Assembly (NCBI GenBank): GCA_009103225.1
Contig: RHPI01003508.1
Location: 62,235-126,000 of the forward strand
Reading direction: 5' to 3'
Source of the DNA: Chlorokybus atmophyticus
Taxonomy: Eukaryota; Plantae; Mesostigma and Chlorokybus algae
DNA length: 63,766 nucleotides
Below are positions 13,801 to 25,906 of the stretch, piece by piece. The notes under the pieces were generated by a model. It ran no database searches and had not been told where the DNA came from. It was given only the letters and a program-made list of their open reading frames with translations. Made by a program: the position numbers and the translations under genes. The first letter of the stretch is position 1. Each line of letters begins with the position of its first letter.

Positions 13801-14497
13801 AGCCTTGCTGCACCCTTCAATGGCTCGAACCAGGAGTAGTCGTCCTGAAGAAGTCATGCGTGTGCCATAAGCACCATGGCGGATGATAATGTACGTGTTG
13901 GCCACATGTGTGCACAAGCCTACCAGCAGCTCCTCTGTTTGCGCGAGGTACCATGCACGCACGGCAGCATCAATGCGAGCTGCAAGCTCCTGAAATCCTT
14001 GACGGAGTTGAGGGTCGTCTGCAACGAAGGTGTGTTGCATTCGTCAGTCAATTGGCAGCATGCAATACTGGCATGCTAACACACACCATTGCCTTATCGA
14101 AGCCTTTACCACTACACTGCTGGAGGTACCACAACTGTCTTTGTGGTCCACATGGAAAGACTACCAGCAATTGCAATGGAGCATGCAAGCAGGTGAGTAA
14201 GTGGAAAAGGGAGTGTATGAGTGAAAGGCATGGCGGATTGAGTGATAAAAGGCGTAAGCAAGTGAGTGAGTGAAAGGCATTATTGTGCAGCACTTCATAG
14301 GGAACACACAGCTTGCGCATGAAAAGGCGGTCTGCATGCAACCCACCCAGCAATGACGTGAACTGGGCCACGATGGCGGAGCGTGAAGCAGCGATGGAGG
14401 CGTCACGCTCAATCTTGATGACGTCACGCTTCTTAGTCTTCATCATGCGCTTCTGCGCTGAGGATGTGTCCAAGGCCAACGGCGCTGCCGTCGCCAT
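10831..14497 (-). CDS. DUF3754 family membrane protein (At3g19340/At5g13940-like; TMEM143-related)
   Basis: Exons encode KRDVIKIERDAS, NLLLPATVQEPTFERMVVVYR, IYIKHFRDIPMADMEI, PEKKVPGLSAFDMLKLVGSA, YEKQLDSGRSTLLRLCHDVVQQEVKE and ELDKRCEDILARHLRERTNFDVEDALDKLKKLQLV, all typical of the family; stop at 10831-10833. Confidence 0.88.
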
Positions 14498-14899
14498 GCT
14501 TGCTCGCTTACGTCCACCACAGCAGAAGCTTCACTCCCAACTTACACACTCACCCAGCCCTATTAGCAGCACGTTGAGGTTGCCATCGCTATCACAAGGA
14601 AGCGTACATACTGAAAAGTAGCATCACAGCAGCTGGCTGAAGCAACTCATACATTCCCAAGATGTCTGCAGCAACGCAGCTCTCAAGCAGGAGCAGCTCA
14701 TGACACAGCAGCAGAAAACGAGACTCACCCGTTTCTGTGTGGCCTCGCAGCGTGCACGCTTACGACCAAGCACGCTGACAACCACAACAACGTCCGCGCC
14801 CAAGCTCACACCTCCGCCGCTCGGGAGTGGATCTGGCTTGATGTGCTGATTAGACGATAGACCTGATGGCGTTCTGCATGTCACAGGCACAACAATCGC

Positions 14900-15810
14900 C
14901 ACAGTAACAACATGTTGGGTGAATCGATGAGTTCACTCGGATTTTTACTGCACTATAGCGTGAATCAATATAGCTCTCACGTGGACATACTTCACTGCTA
15001 AGCGGCGCTCCACGTGGCAGGAGCAGCTGGTGGCAGGAGCCATGCAGGCGGCGGCGGTGGCGGCAGTGGGGTGGGTGTTGGCAGCTGTTCTGCGGGGCCG
15101 CGCGGCCCGTGGAAGCTGCAGGTAGACGCGGCCGGCTGCTTTCGGTGGAGTATGAACAAGCACTGCCCGTCGCCTGCCGCCTATACGATCACCCTTATGT
15201 TTGCTAGGCAGATTCCAATTCTGAACTTTATGCCAGCCAGCTGCCAGGCCATGGTAACTGTGTAGCGTTAGTTTTGTGCAGGTGTAGCTCACACATGTCC
15301 CATGTGTAAGTGATATAGGTGCATGCAGCGTTCTTTGTGGTTTCATCTCGTGCGTACATCTACTACTACTCTATACTACTCTATACTTTCTGACTCTCAA
15401 CAAACTCATATCCTCTTGACAACTATGCACCACACCTTCTGCTCGGTCATTAGCGCTGTTAACTCCCAAGCCTGCATCAAGCCTTGGTGAAGAACACAGA
15501 AGCTGTACAATGCACCTGTTGCAAAAGCATCACTGATGCTACCTTGTCAAAGGGTGATGAAGGTCTCATGTGGTGGACATCTATTGGCTTGCTTGCTATT
15601 GTTTTCTATTCAGCTGCATCAACCTCCATTGTCAATTAATTTGCGCCCATGCCACAGGTGTTGTCTAAGACCAAGCTTTGCACATAGCTCTCAACAAGAC
15701 TGTACCTTGCACGAATGAGTTATGACATTGTGCTGCTGTTTGGCGACTGCGGGGTCCATCCACTATCAGCAATGACTTGATGTGCAAATCTACTAACTAT
15801 ATGCAGTAAC
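14900..15810 (+). pseudogene. Decayed, internally deleted duplicate of the 17.3-21.55 kb locus
   Basis: About 14900-15151 aligns to about 17333-17620 (promoter and exon 1; MQAAAVAAVG vs MRAAAVAAVG); about 15152-15810 aligns to about 20865-21550 (last exon MNKHCPS vs MNEHCPS and downstream). Frameshifts and stops are present. Confidence 0.88.
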
Positions 15811-16598
15811 AAGCCTCATACATACGCACGTGTATGCACACCCAAGTGTGTGTATGTTGCACACTTGGGTGTGTATATTTGGGTGCATGCGCGTAAGTGC
15901 ACACTTGCGTATGTGTATTTGGGTGTGTGCGTGCGCATGTCGGAGAGGCAGCACGCGCGCATGTGTATGTGCGCCTGCGTTTCCGCAGTAGTGCCCACTC
16001 TTATCTCAATCTTACACACCAACAATGCAGTCCCCGCAGGCATTGCCGACAGTACAGGGTGAACAGCTTGTTGACCCACTCCACGTTTGCCGCGACGTTC
16101 ACACGGCTATATGATGCAATGTCAAGTCCATGGTGCTCTTTGTTGTTGTCAACTCGTCGCATTTGACGATGTTGGCGCTGCATAACATGCATAAGAACAA
16201 GCGGACAGGGCTAGGGACAGATCGCTCCTTAACGGCCTCGACCCCTCATGCAGTATGTAGGTGTTCAACAAACTGGGTTGAGCTAGCACTTTGTGCATGT
16301 GTTACTTTGCTGATGCTTCGACGTTATAACACACGTGTCACAGGTTATATTTCTTGAAGAACGTGCAATAGCGATGCATTCAACCCTGCATAACATGTGT
16401 GCTTGGGTGCATGCCAATGTGCGTGCGCGCATGTGCTTACGCATTGAACTGCCTAAACAGGGAGTAAAACAACACAACACCAACATGTTTGCATCATCAA
16501 CCCCGCACGCATTGCTATTCAACACTGCGGTTACAGCTGCCTACCCTATAGGCCTACCCTATTGCGTACAGCCAACCCTACAACTACAATCCGGAGGC

Positions 16599-17136
16599 TC
16601 ATGATGCAATATCTTCCAGATCTTTCATATGTCGCTGGGAACGGGAGTTTACAGCTTCCAACACCTCGCTTTCAAAGCTTGCTATCTCGCTCTCCCACAT
16701 AGTATGGTTGTCATCCAAGTAAGCTTCAAGAATGTCGAGCTTTGCAGCCAGCACCTGTTGTTCAAACAGAAGCGTACCCTGCGCATGCCCAATCGCAATG
16801 CCCTGTGCATTGCCAAACAGTCAGAAGAATCGCAATGCAAGCGACATGCTTGGACAGTGCAAAAAGAAGTCAAGAACAAAACTCATTACACTCACAATGG
16901 CGCAGCAGCCGACGACGGTAGCAGTCCACACGACTGCTTCAACATCAGCGACATCCCACAGGCTTGGTGTCGCAGGGAGGGCGGACACCTTTGGCGACGC
17001 CCTTGGCAACCACCTGGCAGTAGTTGACAGGCATGCCCTCCGGGAGGGACGCCCAACAGCACGCTAACGTCGCATAGAGGGGTGGCAGAGCATGGCCGCG
17101 GGAGACCAGCCCTGGCAGCACCGCTGTACTGGCCAT
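16599..17136 (-). CDS. Hypothetical small protein with one hydrophobic segment and an acidic helical C-terminus
   Basis: Exon ending VVWTATVVGCCAI|gtgagt (16896) joins in frame to cag|GTLLFEQQVLAAKLDILEAYLDDNHTMWESEIASFESEVLEAVNSRSQRHMKDLEDIAS* (16778-16599). Reaching this frame from ATG 17136 needs a 58-nt GT-AG intron or a 1-nt indel. Confidence 0.5.
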
Positions 17137-17501
17137 GTCACCTGAAAGCTAGAAGCTAGCAGTCAGCTAGACGACGGCGCCATCCCACCGCGCCGACACC
17201 TCCCTCCCTTCCTCCCTCCCTCTCAAAATCCACCACCACCATCGACAACAACAACAACAACCCCGCCGCCGCCTCCGCCGTCGCTCTGTCCCGCCAACTG
17301 CATGTCATGCAGTGGGCAAGTATGCTCAGAGCCCACAGTGACTGCAGCCATCAACACGTGTTGGGTGCAGTTATGGACTCACTTCGACAGCCTCGGTGAA
17401 CCATTGTGAGTCAAGCGTGAAACACAGTAGCTCACTTGCGCGAATTTTTTCACTCTGCTAGGCTCTGTTCCACGTGGAAGTCGCAGCTGGGGTCAGGAGC
17501 C

Positions 17502-20500
17502 ATGCGGGCGGCAGCGGTGGCGGCGGTGGGGTTGGCGTTAGCAGCTGTTCTGCTGTTCTGCGGGGCCGCGCTGCCTGCCGAAGCTGCAGGCAGACCCGGC
17601 CGGCCGCTTCCGGTGGATTACCTGCAGGTGGGGTGTTTGGTGTTGGCTGTGACGTTGAGCTTGCCCTGCCTGCCAATTCCGCTGCCAGTCGGGGTTTTAG
17701 AATAGCTTTCTGTTGCTGTTGTTTAAACTTGAAGAGAGTGTGCTCAAGCTTTACGTCGCCCTTTCAAGCAAGCGCGTACCAGTCGACCACTACTTGAAAA
17801 CATGTCGTCAAGTAAACAGTTGCGTGCCCATTCGTCCTTCAGCTTCAAGCTTCAGCTGTGTGCTTCAGCTGTTTGTCATGCGTGCCGTTACAAGCAATTG
17901 AACAATATTTCGCATGATGTCAAGCTGTCTTGACTATCACCAAAGTTCTATCGTCAACCATGCACCCCTGCTGCGCCTGTCTTTGCTTAGTTACCACTCA
18001 TGCAGGACCGTGCAGCTGACTTGAAAGGGCGCACAGCGCAGCTTAACAGCCTTCTTCATCAGTACTTCACCCACCAGAGCAGCAGCGCAATAGAGGGAGG
18101 AGACATCACGGGTTACGCACACGATGTCCTTCAACAAGTTGAGGCTTTGCAGAAAGCAAGCCAGACGCCTCATGTAGAAGCAGACGCCCAATCGCATCAC
18201 ATAAAGGTCGGGCAAGGCATCAGCATGTGAGTTGCAGAGAGAGCAGTCGTTGATCTCAGCACTGTGGCGTTGCAACTTGCAACTGAGACTTCACTTGTAG
18301 TAAAAGCACTCATAAACTTGGTGTTCCTTGTGGTTCCTTGCAGAGGTTGGCAGATATCGAAGATGCTCTACCGGTGTACATTGCAAGTGCCATACCAGGC
18401 CAGCAAGTGAACTGGTCTGCACCGTGCTTCAGCAACAGTACCGCTACAATTGAGATGTCCAAGGACGGTGCTGCCCTTCATTTGGACGTGAGTGTGCTGT
18501 ATAGAGTAGTTTGCTGCATGCGTGTTCTGGTAGAGATATCCAGTCTCTTTGCATTGGCGAACTAATTTCAGTTGATGATATTATGATGTCATCCACAGTT
18601 GGGGAACCCTACTGGCCGCTTTTGCTACGATGTGTACATATTCTGTACCCCAAAGCGTTTCATCATTGACTTCTACTTTAACCATGGGAAGCACACAATT
18701 ACCTTGCGCAACTGGCAGAAGTATGAGAAGGAAACTGTAAGTGCCTCCTTTGCGCAACACGTGTCAGTGCCCTCACACACAACCTGAGTCGGTGAAATTG
18801 TTGGCCATTCTGTCAATACAACTTGTATCTGGACCAGGTGGAAGCACAAGGCGTGACTGTGTTCTTGTTGCCAGCTGGCCTTGTATCTACAGCGCGCGCG
18901 TTCCTGAACCTTTATCCACTGTTCCAGGTATCAACTAGTGGTGTCTGGACGCGTGCATGGTCTACACAACAACACATATTTTGTATAGCATACCAACAAT
19001 GTTCCTGCCTGCACTCTGCATTGCACACAACTCAATTCGTGTATGCAGAACGGAAAGTCTGGAGAGAGGGCTAATCTGGCTTTTCTAGAGACGCGGTCAG
19101 GCGCCGCGTTCGTGGAGAGGACTCCCCCGTACAATATCGACCTACCCAAGGATGCTGTCCACTCTGGTGACTTCATTGTTATTGCAAAGTACCGAGGCAG
19201 ATGGGGCGGCTTTGAGAGCCTTGAACGGTAAGCACTGATGACTGTATGATAAAAGCGCTCAGTTGCATTTCTTGAGCAAGCACACGTCTACAAGATGAAA
19301 TTATCATTCATTTTTGACAATGAGCATACCGTCATTATGCATGCCCGCCACTGTCACACGCAGTGTACGTTACGTTGTGACTCTGCCGAAACAGATGGGT
19401 TACTGGTGCGTACGCGGGACACTCTGCAGTTGCGCTTTGGGCAGAAGACGGCTCTGAGCTGTTTGTAGCTGAGAGTGGGTTTGAAAATGAAAAGGTACCA
19501 CAGTGCTAGCAAAGGTCTGGCAGGCTATCAGGAAGTGTTTGAAGTCGCAGTTGCACTCATATGCGATATGGCAGGGTGAGGAGGTTATTGCCGTCACGCA
19601 GTGGGACACGTGGATGGCAATGCAGCGCAACGATGTGGCTGAGCCTCATGTGGCAATAATTCGACTCAATCAGGCCCAACGCGAGCGGTTCAATCTGGCC
19701 AAGGCTTGGGAGTACGCTCGCAGCATGGAAGGACACCCTTACGGCTATCACAACATCATCTTCAGGTGTGTTGCACATCATGTGGTATATGCCTGCATTG
19801 GCACTGCATGGCACTGAGCATCGCTTACTTGACTTTGAGCAGCTGGATAGACACACCGGAGGCAAACTATCCCCCCGGCATCAGTGCGGAATTGATAGCT
19901 GCTGTCATGACCATCTGGGATAGAGTGATGCCTGCTTTCACTGGCCGCCTGTGGACAGAGGCCCTCAACAAGAGACTAAATACAACGGTATGTTGTGGTA
20001 CATGTTGCAGCGTGAACGTGCACACTCTGCGATGAGCATTCCTGCTGCCCTTGCAGGAGCATGGCTCATCAATCCAGATGACATACATATATTGGTATCT
20101 TGTTGCATCACTTTTTAGGGCTTGATATGAGCATGCTTTCCCTCCCAGGGTCTTGATCTTGGTGGAGTGCTGGCCGAGTGCGCAGCACGGGGAATAACAT
20201 TTGAAGAGCTTCTCGCAGTACCTGAGCAGGACGACTGGGAGTACTCTGATGGCCGGTGCGCAATGGGCAACCCTGTATTGTTCTTTGTCATGTACACCTT
20301 GTGCGCAAGTGTGCGCGCATGCGTGCACTGCAAGAGGCTATCTTCAGTTGCTATGTGCAGCCTTTTACATGCGGCCTGGCTTCATGAAAAAAGAAAGAAA
20401 GAAAAGTATCTGCAACCATTGCCTGACTTCAGCTGTGTTTCAGGTCTGTGACTTGTAATGTGTTTGTGCTGGAGATGTACAAGGCGGCAGGGCTTCTCGG

Positions 20501-20921
20501 AGACCTCGCGCCGCATGTACAGGCCACTGAGTTTACGCTGAAAGATGTGTACCAAATCAAGTTGTTTGACGATAACATCAATAACAAGCCAGAGGTATGC
20601 AAATGCGGTATGCCAAGCAGCTAGTGTTGGGTGTGGCATGCACACATGTCTGTGCGTGCAGACATGTGTTCACGCGCACGAGTGCAGACACAAGCATACA
20701 CAGACAGACACATGCATGCGCATGGCTGATAATGTGCTGGCAAGCAAGACTGACGTTTGTTGCTGCCGCAGGCGTGTTCCGTGGACCCGATGCCATATTG
20801 CCAGCTCACAGGCAAATGGCGCATGGACCTGCCTGGGCTGAACAGCATCGAGCCGTACCCGCAAATGAACGAGCACTGCCCATCGCTGCCGCCAGATTAT
20901 GATCGTCCTGATAATTGCTAG
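17502..20921 (+). CDS. Conserved secreted green-lineage protein (At1g70160/At4g27020/At5g54870 family), putative permuted papain-like amidase
   Basis: Signal peptide MRAAAVAAVGLALAAVLLFCGAALPAEA; family motifs HSGDFIVIAKYRGRWGGFESLE, TGAYAGHSAVAL, WEYARSMEGHPYGYHNIIFSWIDT, TCNVFVLEMYKAAG and C-terminal PYPQMNEHCPSLPPDYDRPDNC*. Confidence 0.88.
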
Positions 20922-21184
20922 GCGGTCCATCTCCCAATTCATCCCAGCCAGCTGCCAGGCCATTGTACTTGTAGGGATAGTTTTGTGCAGGTGTCGCATA
21001 AGAAGCTCACTTCTGCTCACATGCCCGTGTGTAAATAACATAGGTGCAGGCAGCGTCTTTGTCTGGTGCACAGCATGGCATATGTACACTGTTTCTGTTC
21101 CTCGACAGTTGTTCTCATTCTTCATTGAACCGTTCACTACGTCTTCCGCTCGGTCATTAGCGCTGTTAGTTCCCAAGGCTGCGT

Positions 21185-22991
21185 TCATGCCTAGTAAGAA
21201 AGACAGAAGTGCACCTTACAGTACACCTGCATCTGCCAAAAAGCGTCTCTCACCTTGTCAAAGGGTGATGCAGGCTTTCTTGCAGACATCTGTAGGCTTG
21301 TTTGCTGTTCCTTTTTCAACTTTGCCAACCTGCACTGTTGGTCAGCTTGTGCCCATGCCATAGATGTTACAACCCTAGTGTAGCGCATCGTTCTCAACAA
21401 GAATGTGGACCTTGCGCGAATGAGAGAGGACACTGTGTTCCTGTCTGGCGATTGCGGGGTCCGTCCACCATCAGCAATAACCTGTAGGTGTAGCGGTTGT
21501 TTGCTGTTACAAAGCATGAAACACAACTACAAACTGAACTTGTGCAGTAACTAGTCCTCACCTGTAGTGCGTGCCTCGGAGATGCAAAGGCGCTCACGGG
21601 CCTCCCGTGCAACCACACGTCCCCAACAATGCCGGCATTCTCATCACTGCAAACACACACATCGTCGTCACATCATTCTTTCACATGGCCTGCACCATTC
21701 CGCCTGCCAAGTTGCATGTTGACTTGAGGTTTTTTCTCACCTCACTGCTGATCGCGGACTGGCAGCATACACCTCCTTCTCACGACTTCCATGGCCAGTA
21801 TCAAATGTATTTGGTCTTGGCATCAGCATCCGCGAGTAGTCCCCTGACCAGCCCGGCCCCGGCCCGTAACTCCTCAAGGGCTCTCTACAGGTAGCTCCAC
21901 CACTCACAGCAGCAGCAGACGCACTTTTAGGCCTAACTGGATCTCTCACCCTGCTTGCTGTAGAGCTACTGAGCCCAGTCCCTCTCCCAGTCCCAGGCCT
22001 GGTCCCATTCTTCGGGTCACTCTTGCTCTCCAGTCTTCCAGTGCTTTGCCTCCGGTTTTTGTGTCTAAGCCCTCCTCCTGTTGTCCTCACTCGTACGCGC
22101 AGGCCATTCTTGGTGTGCATGCGAAGTTGATGTTGGTGGTGTTGCTGAGGAGATGCCTGCGAGTTGGGTGTTTGGCATGCGCTGTCTGAGGTTGAGACAC
22201 TCACGTCCGTGCTTGCATCCGAGAGCGCATGCGGCTTATCAACAATGGCTTCCGGCTCGACTCTGGCTTCCAGCTGAGGGCTGTGTGAGGGAGGGAGGCT
22301 TTGCTTCCCTGTGGCTTCTGCCTGACTGCTGAGCGGCCTCTTCTGGTTGGTGTTTGGTACAGGCGAACATGCCTGCATGCATGTTACATATGTCTCAGAA
22401 TGGCATGCTTGTTCTGGACATTCTTGAATCCAATACATGATGTGTACGTGAACCACATAGAATTTACCGTTGCATGTTCTGGACATTCATCGCAGCCGCA
22501 ACTCACAGCTGTATCTGTGCGTTCAACTCTTGTGTATGTATCTTCACTGCGCAATACCAACTCCAGCTTCAACACCGCCTCTTCCGCCTTTTCATCTGTT
22601 TGGCAGGCGCATTCAGCTACAACCACTGCCTCCTGCTTGTGTCTCTGCAACTCATCCCCTGTGTGGTATTTTGTGATTTAGAACCTCAACAGTTGTGACA
22701 TGCGTGTAATGATTAGGCTATCGTTTTGTCACCTGTGTCTGTGCTTGCTTCTGCAGAAATGCGGTTTGGCTTCCAAAGAACTAAGTCCTGCGTGATTACG
22801 CTGGCAGGAACCTGTTTGTGTTCGGCTTTTGTTTGGCTCTCGCAAGACAGCAGCTGTACACCAACCTGTGACACAAGTTGAGTGTCTCTGCACACGTGCG
22901 TGCGTGCGCACACGCACACACACATGGTACATACCTTCTGGCACCTCTCATGCCTAATGACAAGCACCTCCGCCCTTCTCCACCTCACCAT
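21185..22991 (-). CDS. Hypothetical low-complexity protein (about 450 aa, about 7 exons)
   Basis: Exons join with consistent phases (RHERCQK|VGVQLL..ASTDT|GDELQRH..EHAT|ACSPV..SAV|SDENAG..ALQ|VIADG..PFDK|A*). No family recognised; the true start may lie upstream. Confidence 0.7.
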
Positions 22992-23179
22992 CTCGCTCTC
23001 ACACCTCACCTCACCTCACCTCACCTCACCGCCGCCGCCTAGCCTGGCCTGGCCAGGTGGCCTGGTCACGTGACCAAAAACGCATCAATTTCTGTCTATT
23101 TGGCGACATCTCGATCTCGGTCGCAACATCCAGGCTCGGTAATCTGGTTTAGCACAAGACCTGGCTAGAGCCGGATCGG

Positions 23180-23188
23180 AAACCCTAA
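23180..23188 (+). promoter_or_regulatory. Telo-box (AAACCCTAA) in the divergent promoter region between the hypothetical gene and ALG5
   Basis: Exact AAACCCTAA, a known plant housekeeping-promoter element; function here is inferred from position only. Confidence 0.4.
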
Positions 23189-23565
23189 TGAATGGTCTGG
23201 TCGTTGGCAACGTCGTTGGCGTCGACGGCATTGGCGATTGCGGCAATGGCGGCGGCGGGGCACATGCATTGAGCACAGACGTCACTAGGCTAGGCGCTGG
23301 CTGCTGTCTTGGCGCCTTGGGTGAGGAATGTAAACATCTCGGTGTTCGCGAAGCACAGGCAGGCAGAGAAGCCATGTCGCCACCGCTGCCGCGGAGTGGC
23401 GCTCCCAGCCTGTCTACACACTAACCGGTAAGGAGAAATGGCTTGTTGTGTCCTGCTGCTGGTCTGTAGAGGAAGCAGTGCATTTATTTGATTGTGGTTT
23501 GCATGTCAAGCAGGCGACCTGTCTCGCTGGCCACACCTCACAGAGCAGCAACAGAAGCACTCAGC

Positions 23566-25906
23566 ATGGCATCATGGGCAGGCGTACTGTGGCCCGTCTC
23601 ATCCACCACATTGTGCATCGCCATCGCATTGGTAAGCGCCACTGAGTCACAGCTCCCCTTATGGCATAGCACGATGAAGCATTGGCCCTTGTTCATGCTC
23701 TCCAGCTGACATGCGCACTGTTGCCTCACTGTTGCATATCTGCAGATGAGTGGTCTGCTTGGATGGGGCATAAAGACAGTTGTAGACAAGTTTTCAAGTC
23801 TAAATGACACAGCACAGTAAGTGTCATGTTGACTGTGCTGTTGCATTGGGTTCAGCATGGCACCATGTTGAGGCATGTCAGTGCTGAATCTGATTGCGTG
23901 TGTTTTTCTTGCAGAGCAGATGTTGCAGAAGACTTTCTCGAGGACCCAAATTCGCTCGAGAAGGTATGCTTGTTGACCATGCAATGTGTAACATTGCTCT
24001 GTACAACTGACATGCATGCAAGCAGCTGTTGCCTTCATGCATGTCATCACTTGTGCATTCCACACACAGCACTCATTGCACGTGCTGGTTGTTCAGACCA
24101 CAATTGTGTCTTGTGTAGGTGCGGAACTCTTCCGTGTTCGATCCGCCGCAAAAATACCTTTCCATTGTGGTGCCCGCTTACAACGAGCGAGGCCGATTGC
24201 CAGGCACGCTCGATCACACGCTGCGGGTGCTCAATGCGCGCGCTGCACGCCAGCGGGACTTCACCTACGAGGTGGGTTTTCTCATTCAGCAAGAATCCTC
24301 AATCTATGCAAGCGTAGTACACAACATTCATGCCAACTTGGTTACCCGCAACTGCGTGTGCAATAAACGCAAGCGCTGTTGTTGCTACCTTATCCACTCA
24401 GTGAACAACGCAACGAATGCGATCAAAGTGACTGCCGTATGCAACCAAGGTGAGCTAACTTGTACATGGTGGGTTGGCAGATCATTGTTGTAGATGATGG
24501 CAGCACGGACAACACTGCACAAGAAGCGTTTAGATATGTGCGCAAGTTTGGGTTGGACATGGTACGCGTTGTCCGTCTCACTGCGAACAGAGGCAAGGGT
24601 GCTGCGGTTAAAAAGGTACTGGTACACTATCAGCACTCATGTGAGCCCGAACAAGTTGGTCGCTTGTACATCGCCCATGAGCCTTGCCTCCATACATAGG
24701 GGATGATGAGTGCGCGCGGGCAGCTGCTCCTGTTCATGGATGCAGATGGTGCCACAGAGGTGACAGATTTTGAAAAGCTGGAAGCTGCGGTGAGTTCTAG
24801 AATACCATTCCTGCCAGGCAACAGCTGCTCAATGCCGAGTTGATAATACAGATGACTATTCTTGTTGGCTCGAGCATACTTCACTTGTTCAAATATAGGC
24901 CTCCTTGAGTATCAGCTGGCACGCAACACAGTTGTATATGCCAACAACACATGATCCCGCAGCTATACTGAAGGCTTGGTTTTAACGTGTTGTTGTGTGG
25001 TGCCAGATACAAGAGATAGCAGCACCGCCGTTGGTGAAGCCCATCACGAAGAGTCCTGTCAAGGTGGATGCCAGGCAACAACCGCCCCCGCCAACCGCAG
25101 CGATTATTGGTGAGAAGATGGGCGTGTCGGTGGGATCTAGGGCGCACTTGGAGAAGGAAGCGGTTGCAAAGGTGAGCACGCACGCTTCAAGTCACATACA
25201 CAAAGGAATGACTTGTGTCATTGCGCGCTTCAACACACCTGTGTGCATGGTTGTGAGTTGGCTGTGGTGACGTGCGCAGAGGAAATGGTATAGGAACCTG
25301 TTGATGCACGGCTTCCATGCCTGTGTGTTGATAGCAGCGGGAGGGGGAGTAAGGGATACACAGGTACGTCCCATCCTCAAAAAGCGCGTGCACACGTTGT
25401 GCTGCACTGTTTGGCCTATCGATACAACTTCACAAGATGGTGCCTCAATTGCAGTGTGGCTTCAAGATGTTCACCAGGGCAGCCGCGCAGCAGCTGTACC
25501 CCAACCAGCGGTTGAGGCGGTAAGTTGCTCAACTCGCACGATCATCTAAGGTTGCAGCAAGTTATGTGCATGCATATCGCAAACATGACATGAACATTAT
25601 GCTGTCTGAGCAGGTGGTGCTTTGACGTGGAGTTGTTGTACCTCGCAAGGCGGCTGCATATACCCATCAAAGAGGTGCATTGTACCCGCCTGCATGCATG
25701 CATGCATATGCTGCTGTGACCAGGCCTGCAAAGAAGTTTGTAGAGATTTGAAGTCGAACTCATTTGTCATGCAGGTGTCTGTGCGTTGGACTGAGATACC
25801 TGGCTCCAAGCTCAAGCCAACTTCTATTTTGCACATGCTATTGGAGCTTGCCTTCATTATCGTTGGGTATCATACTGGTGTCTGGGCAGTCAGGACATAC
25901 CCTTGA
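23566..25906 (+). CDS. ALG5: Dolichyl-phosphate beta-glucosyltransferase (GT2)
   Basis: FLEDPNSLEK, KYLSIVVPAYNE, IIVVDDGSTD, NRGKGAAVKKGMMSARG, LLFMDADGAT, GSRAHLE, DTQCGFKMF, RWCFDVELL and VSVRWTEIPGSKL. Confidence 0.96.

Noticed and set aside
14900-15810. Retrocopy origin of the duplicate
   Set aside because: It retains promoter sequence and an intron of the neighbouring gene, and lacks internal exons rather than only introns.
16945-17136. TAA/TAG-to-Gln reassignment to rescue the in-frame TAG
   Set aside because: Conserved genes here end at TAG exactly where homologues end (20921, 56930), so the standard code applies.
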